DNA of 57,580 nucleotides. It comes from a virus. The position numbers and the translations under genes are program-made. This document shows positions 9,218-18,842 of the stretch, one piece after another. Position 1 is the stretch's first letter, and every line of letters begins with the position of its first letter. The notes beneath the pieces are model-generated. The model saw only the letters and a program-made list of their open reading frames with translations. It was not told where the DNA came from and ran no database searches. The stretch is taken from the IMG/VR virus record IMGVR_UViG_3300014911_000006, one strand, 5' to 3'.

Positions 9218-9448
9218 TTAATATAATCTCTTATGATAGAAGCTTCTACTCTTCTTCTCTCTTATTCTAGGTTTACAGTATATCTCTCCATTCTTCTCTT
9301 CATAGATAGATTCAACTATAAATGTCTTATCACATATATGACAGGTATACTCTATACCCTCTAATACAGGTATAACTAGATGAGGACATAGTCTAAACAC
9401 TCCTAGAAACCTACCATATAGTATTTTAGCCTCCTCTATATTCCACAT
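9218..9448 (-). CDS. small Zn-binding protein
   Basis: CPH...CHIC. Confidence 0.6.
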   Translation of the reverse strand: MWNIEEAKILYGRFLGVFRLCPHLVIPVLEGIEYTCHICDKTFIVESIYEEKNGEIYCKPRIREKKSRSFYHKRLY

Positions 9449-9455
9449 CTATATA

Positions 9456-10337
9456 TCATCCTTTAAGAGATATCTTCTTAGTATCCTCTATATCTATGAA
9501 ACCAGTATCCTTCTCTAGTTTAACTAGTACTATAGCTTCTTCTTGATATGGATATCTATATCTCATAACTCTTCTAGCTCTATCTCCATACTTCTGCTTC
9601 TGATCCTTAAGAGGATCTAGTATAGATACCCAGTACTTAACCTCATATAGTAGATTGTCTCCTCCCCAAGGAGATAGAGCATGTTGCATCATAGGAGATC
9701 TAACAGCATGATTAGTGAATATTACTCCCATATTGAATCTCTTAGCTAGTATCTTGAGAGCAGATATGATGAAACTGATAATAGTACTTCTAGCAGGAAA
9801 GTTCTGGGTAACAGTAGGTATCTTCTCCTTTATAGGTATAGTTAGACTATCTAGTATCAGTAGATCATATCTATTCTTCTCTAGTCTCTTATATATAGGA
9901 CTATACTCTATCCAGTCTCTAGTCTGCTCAGTAGTCTTAGCTACCTCTTCTCTATCTCTCTTGGGAAACTTGACTGTAGCAGATACCCTATCCTGTTCCT
10001 GTTTCAATACTAGATCCATACCTAGCTGTCTAAATAGATCAAACAGATCCTCTGTCAATAGAAACTCTATCCTCTTCTTATAGCTATCATCTATCTTCCA
10101 TCTATTCTTATACCAAGAATAGAAGCTATCTATAACATCATCTAGAAACATAGCCTCAGTATCTATATAGAGTACTCTACTATCTCTATTATCTACCACA
10201 GTCTTAACAGCAGTCTGATAACATAGAACAGACTTACCTATCTTCCATAGACCAAACAATCCTAGAGGAGATCCTCTAGGTATACCTCCTAATAGAAGAT
10301 CATCTATACTCTTACATCCTGTAGATAGTTTACTCAA
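9456..10337 (-). CDS. RecA-family ATPase, RadB/aRadC-like (no N-terminal HhH domain)
   Basis: LSTGCKSIDDLLLGGIP, Walker A GLWKIGKS, YIDTE, LILDSL, FTNH. Confidence 0.85.
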   Translation of the reverse strand: MSKLSTGCKSIDDLLLGGIPRGSPLGLFGLWKIGKSVLCYQTAVKTVVDNRDSRVLYIDTEAMFLDDVIDSFYSWYKNRWKIDDSYKKRIEFLLTEDLFDLFRQLGMDLVLKQEQDRVSATVKFPKRDREEVAKTTEQTRDWIEYSPIYKRLEKNRYDLLILDSLTIPIKEKIPTVTQNFPARSTIISFIISALKILAKRFNMGVIFTNHAVRSPMMQHALSPWGGDNLLYEVKYWVSILDPLKDQKQKYGDRARRVMRYRYPYQEEAIVLVKLEKDTGFIDIEDTKKISLKG

Positions 10338-10346
10338 GATATATAC

Positions 10347-10586
10347 TCACCTCCTCTCTTTCTTCTTCTCTCTCTTCTCTAATATACTTCTCAACATATT
10401 CATAATCTTACCTCTAATATCTCTAGTCTCCAGAAATAGAGATAGTAGATCCCAACAGTTATCACATAGATCTAGCTCTATATTCTCTTCTACCTGTTGA
10501 TCTCTATTAAAGAGAACAATCTCTATAGAGTATCTATTATCCTCATGTAACTCTGTGTTACAGAAATCACACCATACTCTCCTCAT
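10347..10586 (-). CDS. Zn-ribbon protein
   Basis: CDFC...DLCDNC. Confidence 0.65.
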   Translation of the reverse strand: MRRVWCDFCNTELHEDNRYSIEIVLFNRDQQVEENIELDLCDNCWDLLSLFLETRDIRGKIMNMLRSILEKREKKKERR

Positions 10587-11167
10587 ATATTACCACCTAA
10601 CAGTACTCTAACCAGATAGTCTCTAATCCTCTTCTTAGATCTCAATATATCATCATCTAACTCTATTATCTTATATCCTAGTATCTTAAAGAACATATAC
10701 TTAACACTATCACTCTTATCTCTATTCCACATAACAGGGAGAGATATATCCTTAAACTGAATACATCTCTCCTTTCTGTGCCAAATAGATGGAGACACCT
10801 CTATTATAGTATTATATCTAGGAAGATAGAAGTCTACCCAATATGTTATCTTTCTATTATTACTGTTAACAGTCTTAAACTTCTTGTTATGTTCATAGTC
10901 TATATTCATCTCTTCTAGTATATCTCTAACCATTCTCTCCTGATTAGTATAGTAGTTAGGATCTCTATTAGGAGAAGAAGCTACTCTACTACAGAATACT
11001 CTGAATGCTATAGATCTCTTAACAGATACACTATACTCTCCATGCTCTCTACAGTAGATATATGCTCTATCATCTCTAATCTCAGGTCTATAGTATACTC
11101 CACACTTAGGACATGGTACACCTTTACTGATAAGATTATTATAGAATCTAGATAGATCTCTATCCAT
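10583..11167 (-). CDS. Zn-ribbon + Vsr/DUF559-like PD-(D/E)xK endonuclease
   Basis: CPKC...C..H; E..V..IL, YWVDFYL...IIEV...WH. Confidence 0.7.
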   Translation of the reverse strand: MDRDLSRFYNNLISKGVPCPKCGVYYRPEIRDDRAYIYCREHGEYSVSVKRSIAFRVFCSRVASSPNRDPNYYTNQERMVRDILEEMNIDYEHNKKFKTVNSNNRKITYWVDFYLPRYNTIIEVSPSIWHRKERCIQFKDISLPVMWNRDKSDSVKYMFFKILGYKIIELDDDILRSKKRIRDYLVRVLLGGNI

Positions 11168-11181
11168 ATAATATCACTCTC

Positions 11182-11388
11182 TTAATAGGTAGATAGAATA
11201 GCATAGTCATCTAACACTCTAATCTCTAGATCTATATCATGTTCAAACTCTCTATTGATATTAGGCTTAAAGTCTACTATCCATATATCACTATATCTCC
11301 TCATATACTGGAACATCTCATCTAGACTAGAGAACTCTCTAATCTCTCTATACTGACTATCACTAACCTTAGTAATGAGTACTCTCAT
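11182..11388 (-). CDS. hypothetical protein
   Basis: ORF track. Confidence 0.6.
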   Translation of the reverse strand: MRVLITKVSDSQYREIREFSSLDEMFQYMRRYSDIWIVDFKPNINREFEHDIDLEIRVLDDYAILSTY

Positions 11389-12335
11389 TATATATCTCCT
11401 CTCCTTATCTTATACTGTAGCTCTCTAAGATCTTCTAACAGTATTCTGGTATCCTGATCCTCTCTAAGATATCCTCCACTATATCCACTATGTCCTCCTA
11501 TACTATACTTACTACTAAGATACTCTTTCAATAGATCAGATAGCACTCCTCTAATAGATAGTATCTTCCTCTTTCTATTAACCACTATAGCAGTCTTCTT
11601 ATAGATAGACTCTGCTCTACTAGCTAGATATCCTGTTAACTTCAACTCACTATCAAACTCCCAATATATATAATATCCTAGATCTATAGGCTTAAATTGT
11701 TTAATGATTCTAGACATCTCCTCCTCTACTCTCTTCTTACATGCTTGTAGTGCAGGATCAAATATGATATCATAGGGATCTCTAGCATCTCTAACTATCT
11801 TGAATGCTATCTCCTCCATGTTACATCTACATGCACTATTAACAGGACTAGACAGTAGAGACCATACAGGAGATCTATAGAATATTAAATCTCTCCTATC
11901 TACTATACTCCCTACTTCTTCTAATAGTATAGGATACTGTCTCCATATCTCTACAGGTATAAGCTCTGGTTGACCATCTCCCACTAGAGATCCTACTACC
12001 TTCCATCTATGTCTCTCTGGTATCCTATCTTTCAATATATTATATACTATGAGACCTGTAGGTACAGTATCATATATTAGTCTATATTTTCTCTCTCTAG
12101 GATGATGAGGATGATGATCTATCACTATACCAGTATAGTTACTATCTACAGGTACTTGATCTAGTATAATATCAGGTATACTGTCTCCTATAACAGTATC
12201 TCCAAATCTCTCTGGAAACAGTACTGTCTCTACTTCTATAGCATAAGAGAGTAGTACTCCACTATAGATACCATCTGCATCAGTATGCACAGATATCTTG
12301 ATATTAGATAAACCTGTAATATCTAGCTCTGACAA
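11388..12335 (-). CDS. DHH-family phosphoesterase/exonuclease with DHHA1 domain
   Basis: HTDADG, ILD, IDHH, SIRG...GGH. Confidence 0.85.
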   Translation of the reverse strand: MSELDITGLSNIKISVHTDADGIYSGVLLSYAIEVETVLFPERFGDTVIGDSIPDIILDQVPVDSNYTGIVIDHHPHHPRERKYRLIYDTVPTGLIVYNILKDRIPERHRWKVVGSLVGDGQPELIPVEIWRQYPILLEEVGSIVDRRDLIFYRSPVWSLLSSPVNSACRCNMEEIAFKIVRDARDPYDIIFDPALQACKKRVEEEMSRIIKQFKPIDLGYYIYWEFDSELKLTGYLASRAESIYKKTAIVVNRKRKILSIRGVLSDLLKEYLSSKYSIGGHSGYSGGYLREDQDTRILLEDLRELQYKIRRGDI

Positions 12336-12471
12336 TTCTAATCTCCTCTTCTAGCTCTAGTATAACTCTACTCCAGTATCTTCTCTCTGATGATGTAGAA
12401 GCATATCTTCTTCTAATATATGCTCTCCTTATATATTCCTCTAGAAGATCAATATATCTCTCTATATTCAA
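12304..12471 (-). CDS. 55-aa helical peptide (TTG start coupled to upstream TGA; not in ORF track)
   Basis: LNIERYIDLLEEYIRR...; fills the gap. Confidence 0.45.
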   Translation of the reverse strand: MNIERYIDLLEEYIRRAYIRRRYASTSSERRYWSRVILELEEEIRIVRARYYRFI

Positions 12472-12827
12472 AGATCTATCCTTCTAAAGTCTGTACATCT
12501 TCTAGGAGGATACTCATCATGATAACACTTATGAACCACTATAGTACCCTTAACATCATTCTCTCTAAGATACTGTATAAGCTTCTTAACAGTATCCTCA
12601 TCATCTACTCTGAATATACCCTCTATCTTCCTTCTACCTGTCTTCCTAGTCTTATATTCTCCTGTACTCTCATCAAATATATCCTCTAGCTCATCTACAG
12701 TATCTATATAACAGTCATCTCTATCAAACTTCTTAACTATATACTTCTTAACAGTATCTCTAACAATATCTTTAACAGTATCCTCATATATAGAGAACTG
12801 TATACAGTATTTCATATTATCTATCAC
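12468..12827 (-). CDS. hypothetical protein
   Basis: ORF track. Confidence 0.65.
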   Translation of the reverse strand: MIDNMKYCIQFSIYEDTVKDIVRDTVKKYIVKKFDRDDCYIDTVDELEDIFDESTGEYKTRKTGRRKIEGIFRVDDEDTVKKLIQYLRENDVKGTIVVHKCYHDEYPPRRCTDFRRIDL

Positions 12828-13242
12828 CTCTCCTATATTTCTTAGATAGATATCTACCTTTAATAACTACTCCATCTCTAAGAGATCTCTCTACTACTAT
12901 ACCATCATAGTATTCAGGTTGTAACTCAGATAGTATATATTCTACTCCATCCTCTGGTATACCCTTACCACAGGTATAGACATCTAGAGCAATATATCTC
13001 TGTTCACTCCATACATGGACAGATATATGAGACTCTACTACTAGAGACAGTATACTATATCCATCTCCTAACTGTGCACTCCATGTCTCTATCTCAGTCA
13101 TGTTACTCTTCACTATAGCCTTCTTTACTATATTGATCATCTCCTCTAGTCTAGGTATCCTACAGTTATAGAGATCTATTATAACATGTCTACCATATAC
13201 GTTCTCCATATCTCTAATCACATCCTCTACATCTCTCTTCAT
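12817..13242 (-). CDS. speD: pyruvoyl-dependent S-adenosylmethionine decarboxylase proenzyme
   Basis: GRHVIIDLYNC; VES|HISVHVW...ALDVYTCG self-cleavage motif. Confidence 0.9.
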   Translation of the reverse strand: MKRDVEDVIRDMENVYGRHVIIDLYNCRIPRLEEMINIVKKAIVKSNMTEIETWSAQLGDGYSILSLVVESHISVHVWSEQRYIALDVYTCGKGIPEDGVEYILSELQPEYYDGIVVERSLRDGVVIKGRYLSKKYRRGDR

Positions 13243-13327
13243 ACTGTATCATCTTAGAAGAACAGATATCACATATATTACTGTTATCAGATATCTCTCT
13301 ACCACATATAATGCATCTACTAGTCAT
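13214..13327 (-). CDS. 37-aa Zn-ribbon peptide (not in ORF track)
   Basis: CIICGREI...CDIC. Confidence 0.55.
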   Translation of the reverse strand: MTSRCIICGREISDNSNICDICSSKMIQYEERCRGCD

Positions 13328-13329
13328 CT

Positions 13330-13647
13330 CTATACTACACCTACCTCCTTATCCTTCTTATAGAACTTCTCTAACAGTTTAGACAATACTCTAGACTTGA
13401 AGCTAGATGACTCCATAACATACTTAAGAGTATTCAGTCCCTCTAATCCACATGCCAGTATATAGTCTACCTGTAGATTGTTAACATCTAGCTCAAATGC
13501 TTGACTAGATAGATTAATAGTAAACAGAAGTATCTTAACCACTATATCTACAAACTCATCCTGTAGCTCTCCTAACTCCTGACTAGACTGAGACAGTAGA
13601 CTCTGAAATGTATTAATCATTCTTGAAATGTCTATCTCTTCTGTCAT
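13330..13647 (-). CDS. hypothetical helical protein
   Basis: ORF track. Confidence 0.6.
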   Translation of the reverse strand: MTEEIDISRMINTFQSLLSQSSQELGELQDEFVDIVVKILLFTINLSSQAFELDVNNLQVDYILACGLEGLNTLKYVMESSSFKSRVLSKLLEKFYKKDKEVGVV

Positions 13648-13840
13648 AGACTATCTCACCTACAATCTCTTTATTCTTTATCACTTTTAAGATTAACTGT
13701 ACAGGATACTCTTCTCCAATAGTATATACAGGTTCTATCATAGTCTCTATATGACTGTTCTCACACTCTACAGCTTGTTCTCTAGTATCATATATCTCTT
13801 CACATATCTCACACATATATCCTCTAACTTCTCTAACCAT
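13613..13840 (-). CDS. C2H2-like Zn-finger protein
   Basis: YMCEICEEIY...A..CE..H. Confidence 0.65.
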   Translation of the reverse strand: MVREVRGYMCEICEEIYDTREQAVECENSHIETMIEPVYTIGEEYPVQLILKVIKNKEIVGEIVYDRRDRHFKND

Positions 13841-13866
13841 ATAGACATCACCTCTCTTTTCTTCTA

Positions 13867-14085
13867 TTATATTAATCTCCTTTTAAGATATTCTCTCTTC
13901 TGATTATAGACTATTCTCCCTATCTTATCTGTATACTTTTTCTTACACTTACAACAAACAAAACCATCCATAGAGTAATATAACCCTATGACTTCCTCTC
14001 CCTCTTCTAAATCACATCTAAAGCATACTATATAGTTAATGTTTTGTTTCTCTTCTATAAATAGATTAGTGTTTAGTTCAAACAT
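13867..14085 (-). CDS. small Zn-finger protein, atypical composition
   Basis: CFRC...CCKC; AAA/TTT-rich, unlike its neighbours. Confidence 0.6.
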   Translation of the reverse strand: MFELNTNLFIEEKQNINYIVCFRCDLEEGEEVIGLYYSMDGFVCCKCKKKYTDKIGRIVYNQKREYLKRRLI

Positions 14086-14344
14086 CTATTATACCTCTCA
14101 ATAGAGAGGATACTCTACTCCAATGTTTAAGTATTGCTAATAGTATCTGATAACATCTAGAACATACTCTATATCTTAGTAGACCTATCTCTATATCTAT
14201 CATACTCTGATAGTGATATACTCTATTACAGAGATCACATGGATATACTGCTTCTACTGGTATCTCAATATAGAAGGAAGAATTAGTATCATTATTGGTA
14301 ACTGTAATTTGATTCTCTGTATTAGTATAACAGTTTAAGCTCAT
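14078..14344 (-). CDS. small Zn-finger protein
   Basis: CDLC...CSRC. Confidence 0.6.
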   Translation of the reverse strand: MSLNCYTNTENQITVTNNDTNSSFYIEIPVEAVYPCDLCNRVYHYQSMIDIEIGLLRYRVCSRCYQILLAILKHWSRVSSLLRGIIDV

Positions 14345-14347
14345 ATT

Positions 14348-15433
14348 CTATAACACCTTCTCTATAGCTCTAGTCAACTGATCTACTGCTCTATCCCAAG
14401 TATACTCTCTAGCTCTATTTGATAACTGTAGTCCTATCTTCTTACCCTTATCTCTATCATAGTATAGATCTAGCATCTTCTCTCTAAGATCATCTATATC
14501 ACACAGTCTAAGATTACCCCACTCTATAGTTATATGATCAGATACTCTAACATAGATAGGTAGATCTCCTAATATCTCTCTTATAGCTGGTAGATCAGTA
14601 GTGATAACAGGTCTAGCACATGCACTAGCCTCTAGATGAGGTAGAGAGAAAGACTCTCCAGAGGAGGCACTAACAAACACATTCATCAACTGATATATCT
14701 GTACTAACTCCTCATAGTCTAAAGGTACAAATGATGTTAGATTCTTACTATATCTCACTCTACCTCTAGGTATCTTGAATACAGACTCTATACTAGGGAG
14801 ATCATATCCATCTGGATCATATACAGGAGCATAGATGAAGAGAGAGTGATCATATCTATCAAATGGAAATCCACTATATGCCTCTAGTATCCTAGTAATC
14901 ATCTTCCTCCACTTATTAGTACTAACAGTACCATAGATATATTCTCCACTATCTCTAATAACAGTAGGATAGAATATATCAGTATCCACTCCATGATATA
15001 CTACTCTAACATCTATATCTGTAACCTCTTCTAGTACTCTCTTACAGTAGTTAGAAGGTACAAGTAACATATCACTCTCCAGTATCATCTTTCTAGTATC
15101 AGGAAAGGGATCAGCATCTACCACTAGATACTTAACAGTCTTACCCTTATAGAATCTAGATTTAAACTTATCATATTGTTCTAGATGATAGTAGCTACCA
15201 TATACTATGGTAACATCAGGTTGAATAGTATTCTGATAGTACTGTATACTATGACTCTTAACAAAAGGACATAGAGTAACATTACCCTTATACATATCTA
15301 TAAACATACCCTGATAGTACTGATCTAGTACCCATACTCTATAGTCTACAGGTAGTCTCTTTAAGAGTTCTCTAGTTACAGTACCAAATCCTGTAGACTC
15401 TACTATATCTCCTATCCACAATATCTTAACCAT
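14348..15433 (-). CDS. GT-B fold glycosyltransferase (GT4-like)
   Basis: TGFGTV, HGVDT..F, ESFSLPHLEA.AC..PVITTD. Confidence 0.9.
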   Translation of the reverse strand: MVKILWIGDIVESTGFGTVTRELLKRLPVDYRVWVLDQYYQGMFIDMYKGNVTLCPFVKSHSIQYYQNTIQPDVTIVYGSYYHLEQYDKFKSRFYKGKTVKYLVVDADPFPDTRKMILESDMLLVPSNYCKRVLEEVTDIDVRVVYHGVDTDIFYPTVIRDSGEYIYGTVSTNKWRKMITRILEAYSGFPFDRYDHSLFIYAPVYDPDGYDLPSIESVFKIPRGRVRYSKNLTSFVPLDYEELVQIYQLMNVFVSASSGESFSLPHLEASACARPVITTDLPAIREILGDLPIYVRVSDHITIEWGNLRLCDIDDLREKMLDLYYDRDKGKKIGLQLSNRAREYTWDRAVDQLTRAIEKVL

Positions 15434-15441
15434 ATAGACAT

Positions 15442-15813
15442 CTACCTCTTCTCTATAGGATAACCTGCTATATTCTGTTCTCTAGGAATATATCTAAAGT
15501 TTACTCTAACATTCTTCTTCTTAATAAGATCATGTATAAGGAAGAAGTATTCTCTAACTAGAGGAGATCTAATCTTATACTTAAGAGACAACTGATTAAC
15601 TATAATCAGATTATCAGAGTAGAGATCTATATCTATATTGTCAGGAGCATGATATAGTGCCTTATAGATAGCCTCCAACTCATTCATGAAGGGATCTACT
15701 CTAGATACAGGATCAAAGTGCAGTATTCTAGGACACTCTTTACTATATACTATAACTATACCTCTAGTAGGAGATCCATCTACATATATATCTAGAGTCA
15801 ATATATATCTCAC
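15442..15813 (-). CDS. ribonuclease HI-like protein
   Basis: YVDGS, NELEA, SDN..IVNQ, IPREQN. Confidence 0.8.
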   Translation of the reverse strand: MRYILTLDIYVDGSPTRGIVIVYSKECPRILHFDPVSRVDPFMNELEAIYKALYHAPDNIDIDLYSDNLIIVNQLSLKYKIRSPLVREYFFLIHDLIKKKNVRVNFRYIPREQNIAGYPIEKR

Positions 15814-15814
15814 C

Positions 15815-16402
15815 TCACATATACTCTTCTAGATCTAGATATCTTAGACTATCTATCTCAGGTATATAGACTCTACCTCTCCTTCTCATAGACAGTCTAT
15901 CTATATCCTCCTGTTTAAGATACTCTATCTCTTCATAGGTTAAAGGTATACAATATCTCCTAGTCTTAGGATTATATGTATTGGGTACTATTATCATCTC
16001 CATGGGATCATAGATTATAGATACAGGAAAGGTGAGATTAGGTTCTAGTCTCTTCATAGCAAATAGAGCTACTGATCCTCCTATATCCAGATATCTTATA
16101 GGCTTAGTTAGTATAAAGAGATAGTATCTATCTCCAGTATATGATATTAGATGTTTGATCTTTCTATCTATGAGTACTCTATGTAGACTCTTAACCTCAG
16201 ATAGAGTATCCAGTATTATCAGTAGCTTGTCTATTATAGCACTATCAGGATCAGGTCTATTATCCACTATTCTTTCATAAGAGTATAGAGACACTAGACA
16301 CTCACTATATCCCTCTTTCTCTCTAATATATTCTAGTAGATCCTCTTTAGAGTATAGTATCTTATCATTAGCATATCTAGGATATCTCTCAAATAGAGAC
16401 AA
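15815..16402 (-). CDS. archaeo-eukaryotic primase small-subunit homologue with degenerate catalytic motifs
   Basis: SLY..., IDKLLIILD (DxD lost), SYTGDRYY (His lost), VPNTYNPKT..YCIP. Confidence 0.65.
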   Translation of the reverse strand: MSLFERYPRYANDKILYSKEDLLEYIREKEGYSECLVSLYSYERIVDNRPDPDSAIIDKLLIILDTLSEVKSLHRVLIDRKIKHLISYTGDRYYLFILTKPIRYLDIGGSVALFAMKRLEPNLTFPVSIIYDPMEMIIVPNTYNPKTRRYCIPLTYEEIEYLKQEDIDRLSMRRRGRVYIPEIDSLRYLDLEEYM

Positions 16403-16406
16403 TATA

Positions 16407-18842
16407 CTATAACACCTCCAATAGACTACTCTGTCTATTCTTATCTAGAGATAGTAATAGAGAGGGATCATATACTCTCAATATAGGTTCTATCTTCTTT
16501 CTCAATAGATCTAACATCTTAGAATAGTCTATACTGAATCCACTAGGTATCCTAGTATTCTCATCAAATGCTATAACATCAGTATCAGGATATCCTACAG
16601 GTACACTATTAACATATATTCTTCTAGGCTTATCTCCCTCTCCAAATCTAGTATTAAGATATCTGTTACTGTACCATACTGCTCTAATACTAGAGGAAGG
16701 TTTACTCTGTCTCTTACATCTAGGACACCAGAATATACACATCTCCTCATCAAATATCATATCACTCTTACATACACATCTTCTATTATATTGATCTATC
16801 TCTTTCCTTATACTGGAAGGTATACCCAGATCAGAGAAGTCATATATACCAGATAGTATATTGTCTCTAACAGTCTTAAGATAGCTAGATATCTCCTCTC
16901 TATCACTATCAGACAGTATCATCTGTATAACTCTCTCTTGACACTCCTTGAACACAGGACTATTATCTGATCTCCTTATACCCATACCTCTATAGTACCA
17001 CTCTTCAGTATACTCTCCCTTCTTATATATCAGTCTACCTGCATAGTGTTTCTTAGCTATAAGTAGTAGACTAGAGAATATCATCTCACTCTTAACATAG
17101 GCATGTCTATACCTGTTTTTCAATATATTATTAATAGAGGACTCTAGTATCTTAGCCTCTTCTATCAGATCACTTGTCTTTAACTGTACAAATACACTAT
17201 CAGTATCTCCATAGATAACAGTATAGTTCATCTCTCTAATCAGATCTATAAGCTCCTGTAGAAATCTTCTACCTAGATTAGTTATAATCTCAGCTATTCT
17301 AGGAGAATATAGTCTAAATGATGGTAATCCAAATATACCATATAGAGCATTTGCCTTTATCTTCAATAGAGTCTGCTGTCTATCTAGTAACTTAGCTCTC
17401 TCTATATCTCCTCTATGTATAGCTTCCTCTAGTTCTCTCTGTTTACTCTCTCTTAGAGACAGTATATTCTCTACTACCTGTGGTATTATACCTCTCCTAT
17501 CACTAACAAATCTATTTCTATTATCTACCACTATATCTCCTAGTCTAGAATAGGTATCTAGAGAGATATTATACTCTAATATGATAGAAGGATATAGAGA
17601 CTTATAGTCTAGTACAAGTATGTTTCTATAGATACCTGCTATAGGATCTAGTACTAATCCACCAGTATATCTCTTCTTTCTAATATGACTCTTATTAGGT
17701 AACACTATATTCATATTCTTACAGTATCTAAGGAAACACATATCAGCTAGTTTAGAGGTAGATAGAGCATCCTCTATAGGTACACCAAACATAGGTAGAG
17801 ATCTAGTCTCATCTAGATCATCTATAAGATAATATTTCTCATCTAGCTTAACTGTTAACTCTACATCTACTATGTTTCTCTCTATTATTCTACTAGGATC
17901 AGTATCATAGACACTAGCAAATGTATTATCTATCTCTATCTTCCTACCTATCTGTTCTCTCTCAGCTATATACTCTAGACTCATAGACTCTACCATAGTC
18001 TCCTGTTTATCTAGATACAGTTCATTTAGATCTATTACATTGACTCCTAGTATCTTTATTCTATATCTGTTACCTCTTCTCCTCATCTTAACTATATTTA
18101 TAGGAGATAGTCTACTATAGTCTACATCTAGCTTCTTACATCTCTTAATGATATAAGGTAAATCAAATCTAGTGATAAACCATCCTGTAATAACATCAGG
18201 ACAGTTATCGGAGACATAGGAGATAAATGACTCTAGTAGATCTCTCTCATCTCTACATGATATTAACACAGTATTCTCTCTATCTATCTTAACATCTCTA
18301 TCTAGATAGAATACTCTATATTCTCTAGTATAGCTATCATATAATCCTATAACTCCTATAGGATATCTAGCCTCTCTAGCATCTATCTTAGTCTCCTCTA
18401 TAGACAGTACCTCTATATCTAGATACATCTTTCTAAGATCTACTCTTACATCTCTATCTATACCTCTAATCTCTCCACTCTCTGTAATAGTATAACATGA
18501 TATGATATCTCTATCCTTCATAAACACCTTGACAAATGGTATATCTCCCTCATATACTCTAGCTCTAATAAGATCTCTAACCCTCTTAAGTATCTTAGGA
18601 TTCTTGAATGATATCTTGATAACAGGATCACCAAATATAGTAGTCTTATCTGTAGGAGATATCTCCATATTCTCTATGAGAGGTAGAGTCTTAGTATCAT
18701 TCTTAGCTAGATAGAAGTATGGTTTAAAGTCAGATACAGTATGAATATATCTATTACCCTCTCTATCTCTACTAAACAGATAGATGATGGGATCTTCATT
18801 CTCATCTAGAAGATAGGTGATATAGACAAGCTTATAGTCCAT
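16407..18842 (-). CDS. polB: family B DNA polymerase with 3'-5' exonuclease
   Basis: DIE, FDLPY, DYKSLYPS, KIKANALYG, YGDTDS. Confidence 0.97.
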   Translation of the reverse strand: MDYKLVYITYLLDENEDPIIYLFSRDREGNRYIHTVSDFKPYFYLAKNDTKTLPLIENMEISPTDKTTIFGDPVIKISFKNPKILKRVRDLIRARVYEGDIPFVKVFMKDRDIISCYTITESGEIRGIDRDVRVDLRKMYLDIEVLSIEETKIDAREARYPIGVIGLYDSYTREYRVFYLDRDVKIDRENTVLISCRDERDLLESFISYVSDNCPDVITGWFITRFDLPYIIKRCKKLDVDYSRLSPINIVKMRRRGNRYRIKILGVNVIDLNELYLDKQETMVESMSLEYIAEREQIGRKIEIDNTFASVYDTDPSRIIERNIVDVELTVKLDEKYYLIDDLDETRSLPMFGVPIEDALSTSKLADMCFLRYCKNMNIVLPNKSHIRKKRYTGGLVLDPIAGIYRNILVLDYKSLYPSIILEYNISLDTYSRLGDIVVDNRNRFVSDRRGIIPQVVENILSLRESKQRELEEAIHRGDIERAKLLDRQQTLLKIKANALYGIFGLPSFRLYSPRIAEIITNLGRRFLQELIDLIREMNYTVIYGDTDSVFVQLKTSDLIEEAKILESSINNILKNRYRHAYVKSEMIFSSLLLIAKKHYAGRLIYKKGEYTEEWYYRGMGIRRSDNSPVFKECQERVIQMILSDSDREEISSYLKTVRDNILSGIYDFSDLGIPSSIRKEIDQYNRRCVCKSDMIFDEEMCIFWCPRCKRQSKPSSSIRAVWYSNRYLNTRFGEGDKPRRIYVNSVPVGYPDTDVIAFDENTRIPSGFSIDYSKMLDLLRKKIEPILRVYDPSLLLSLDKNRQSSLLEVL

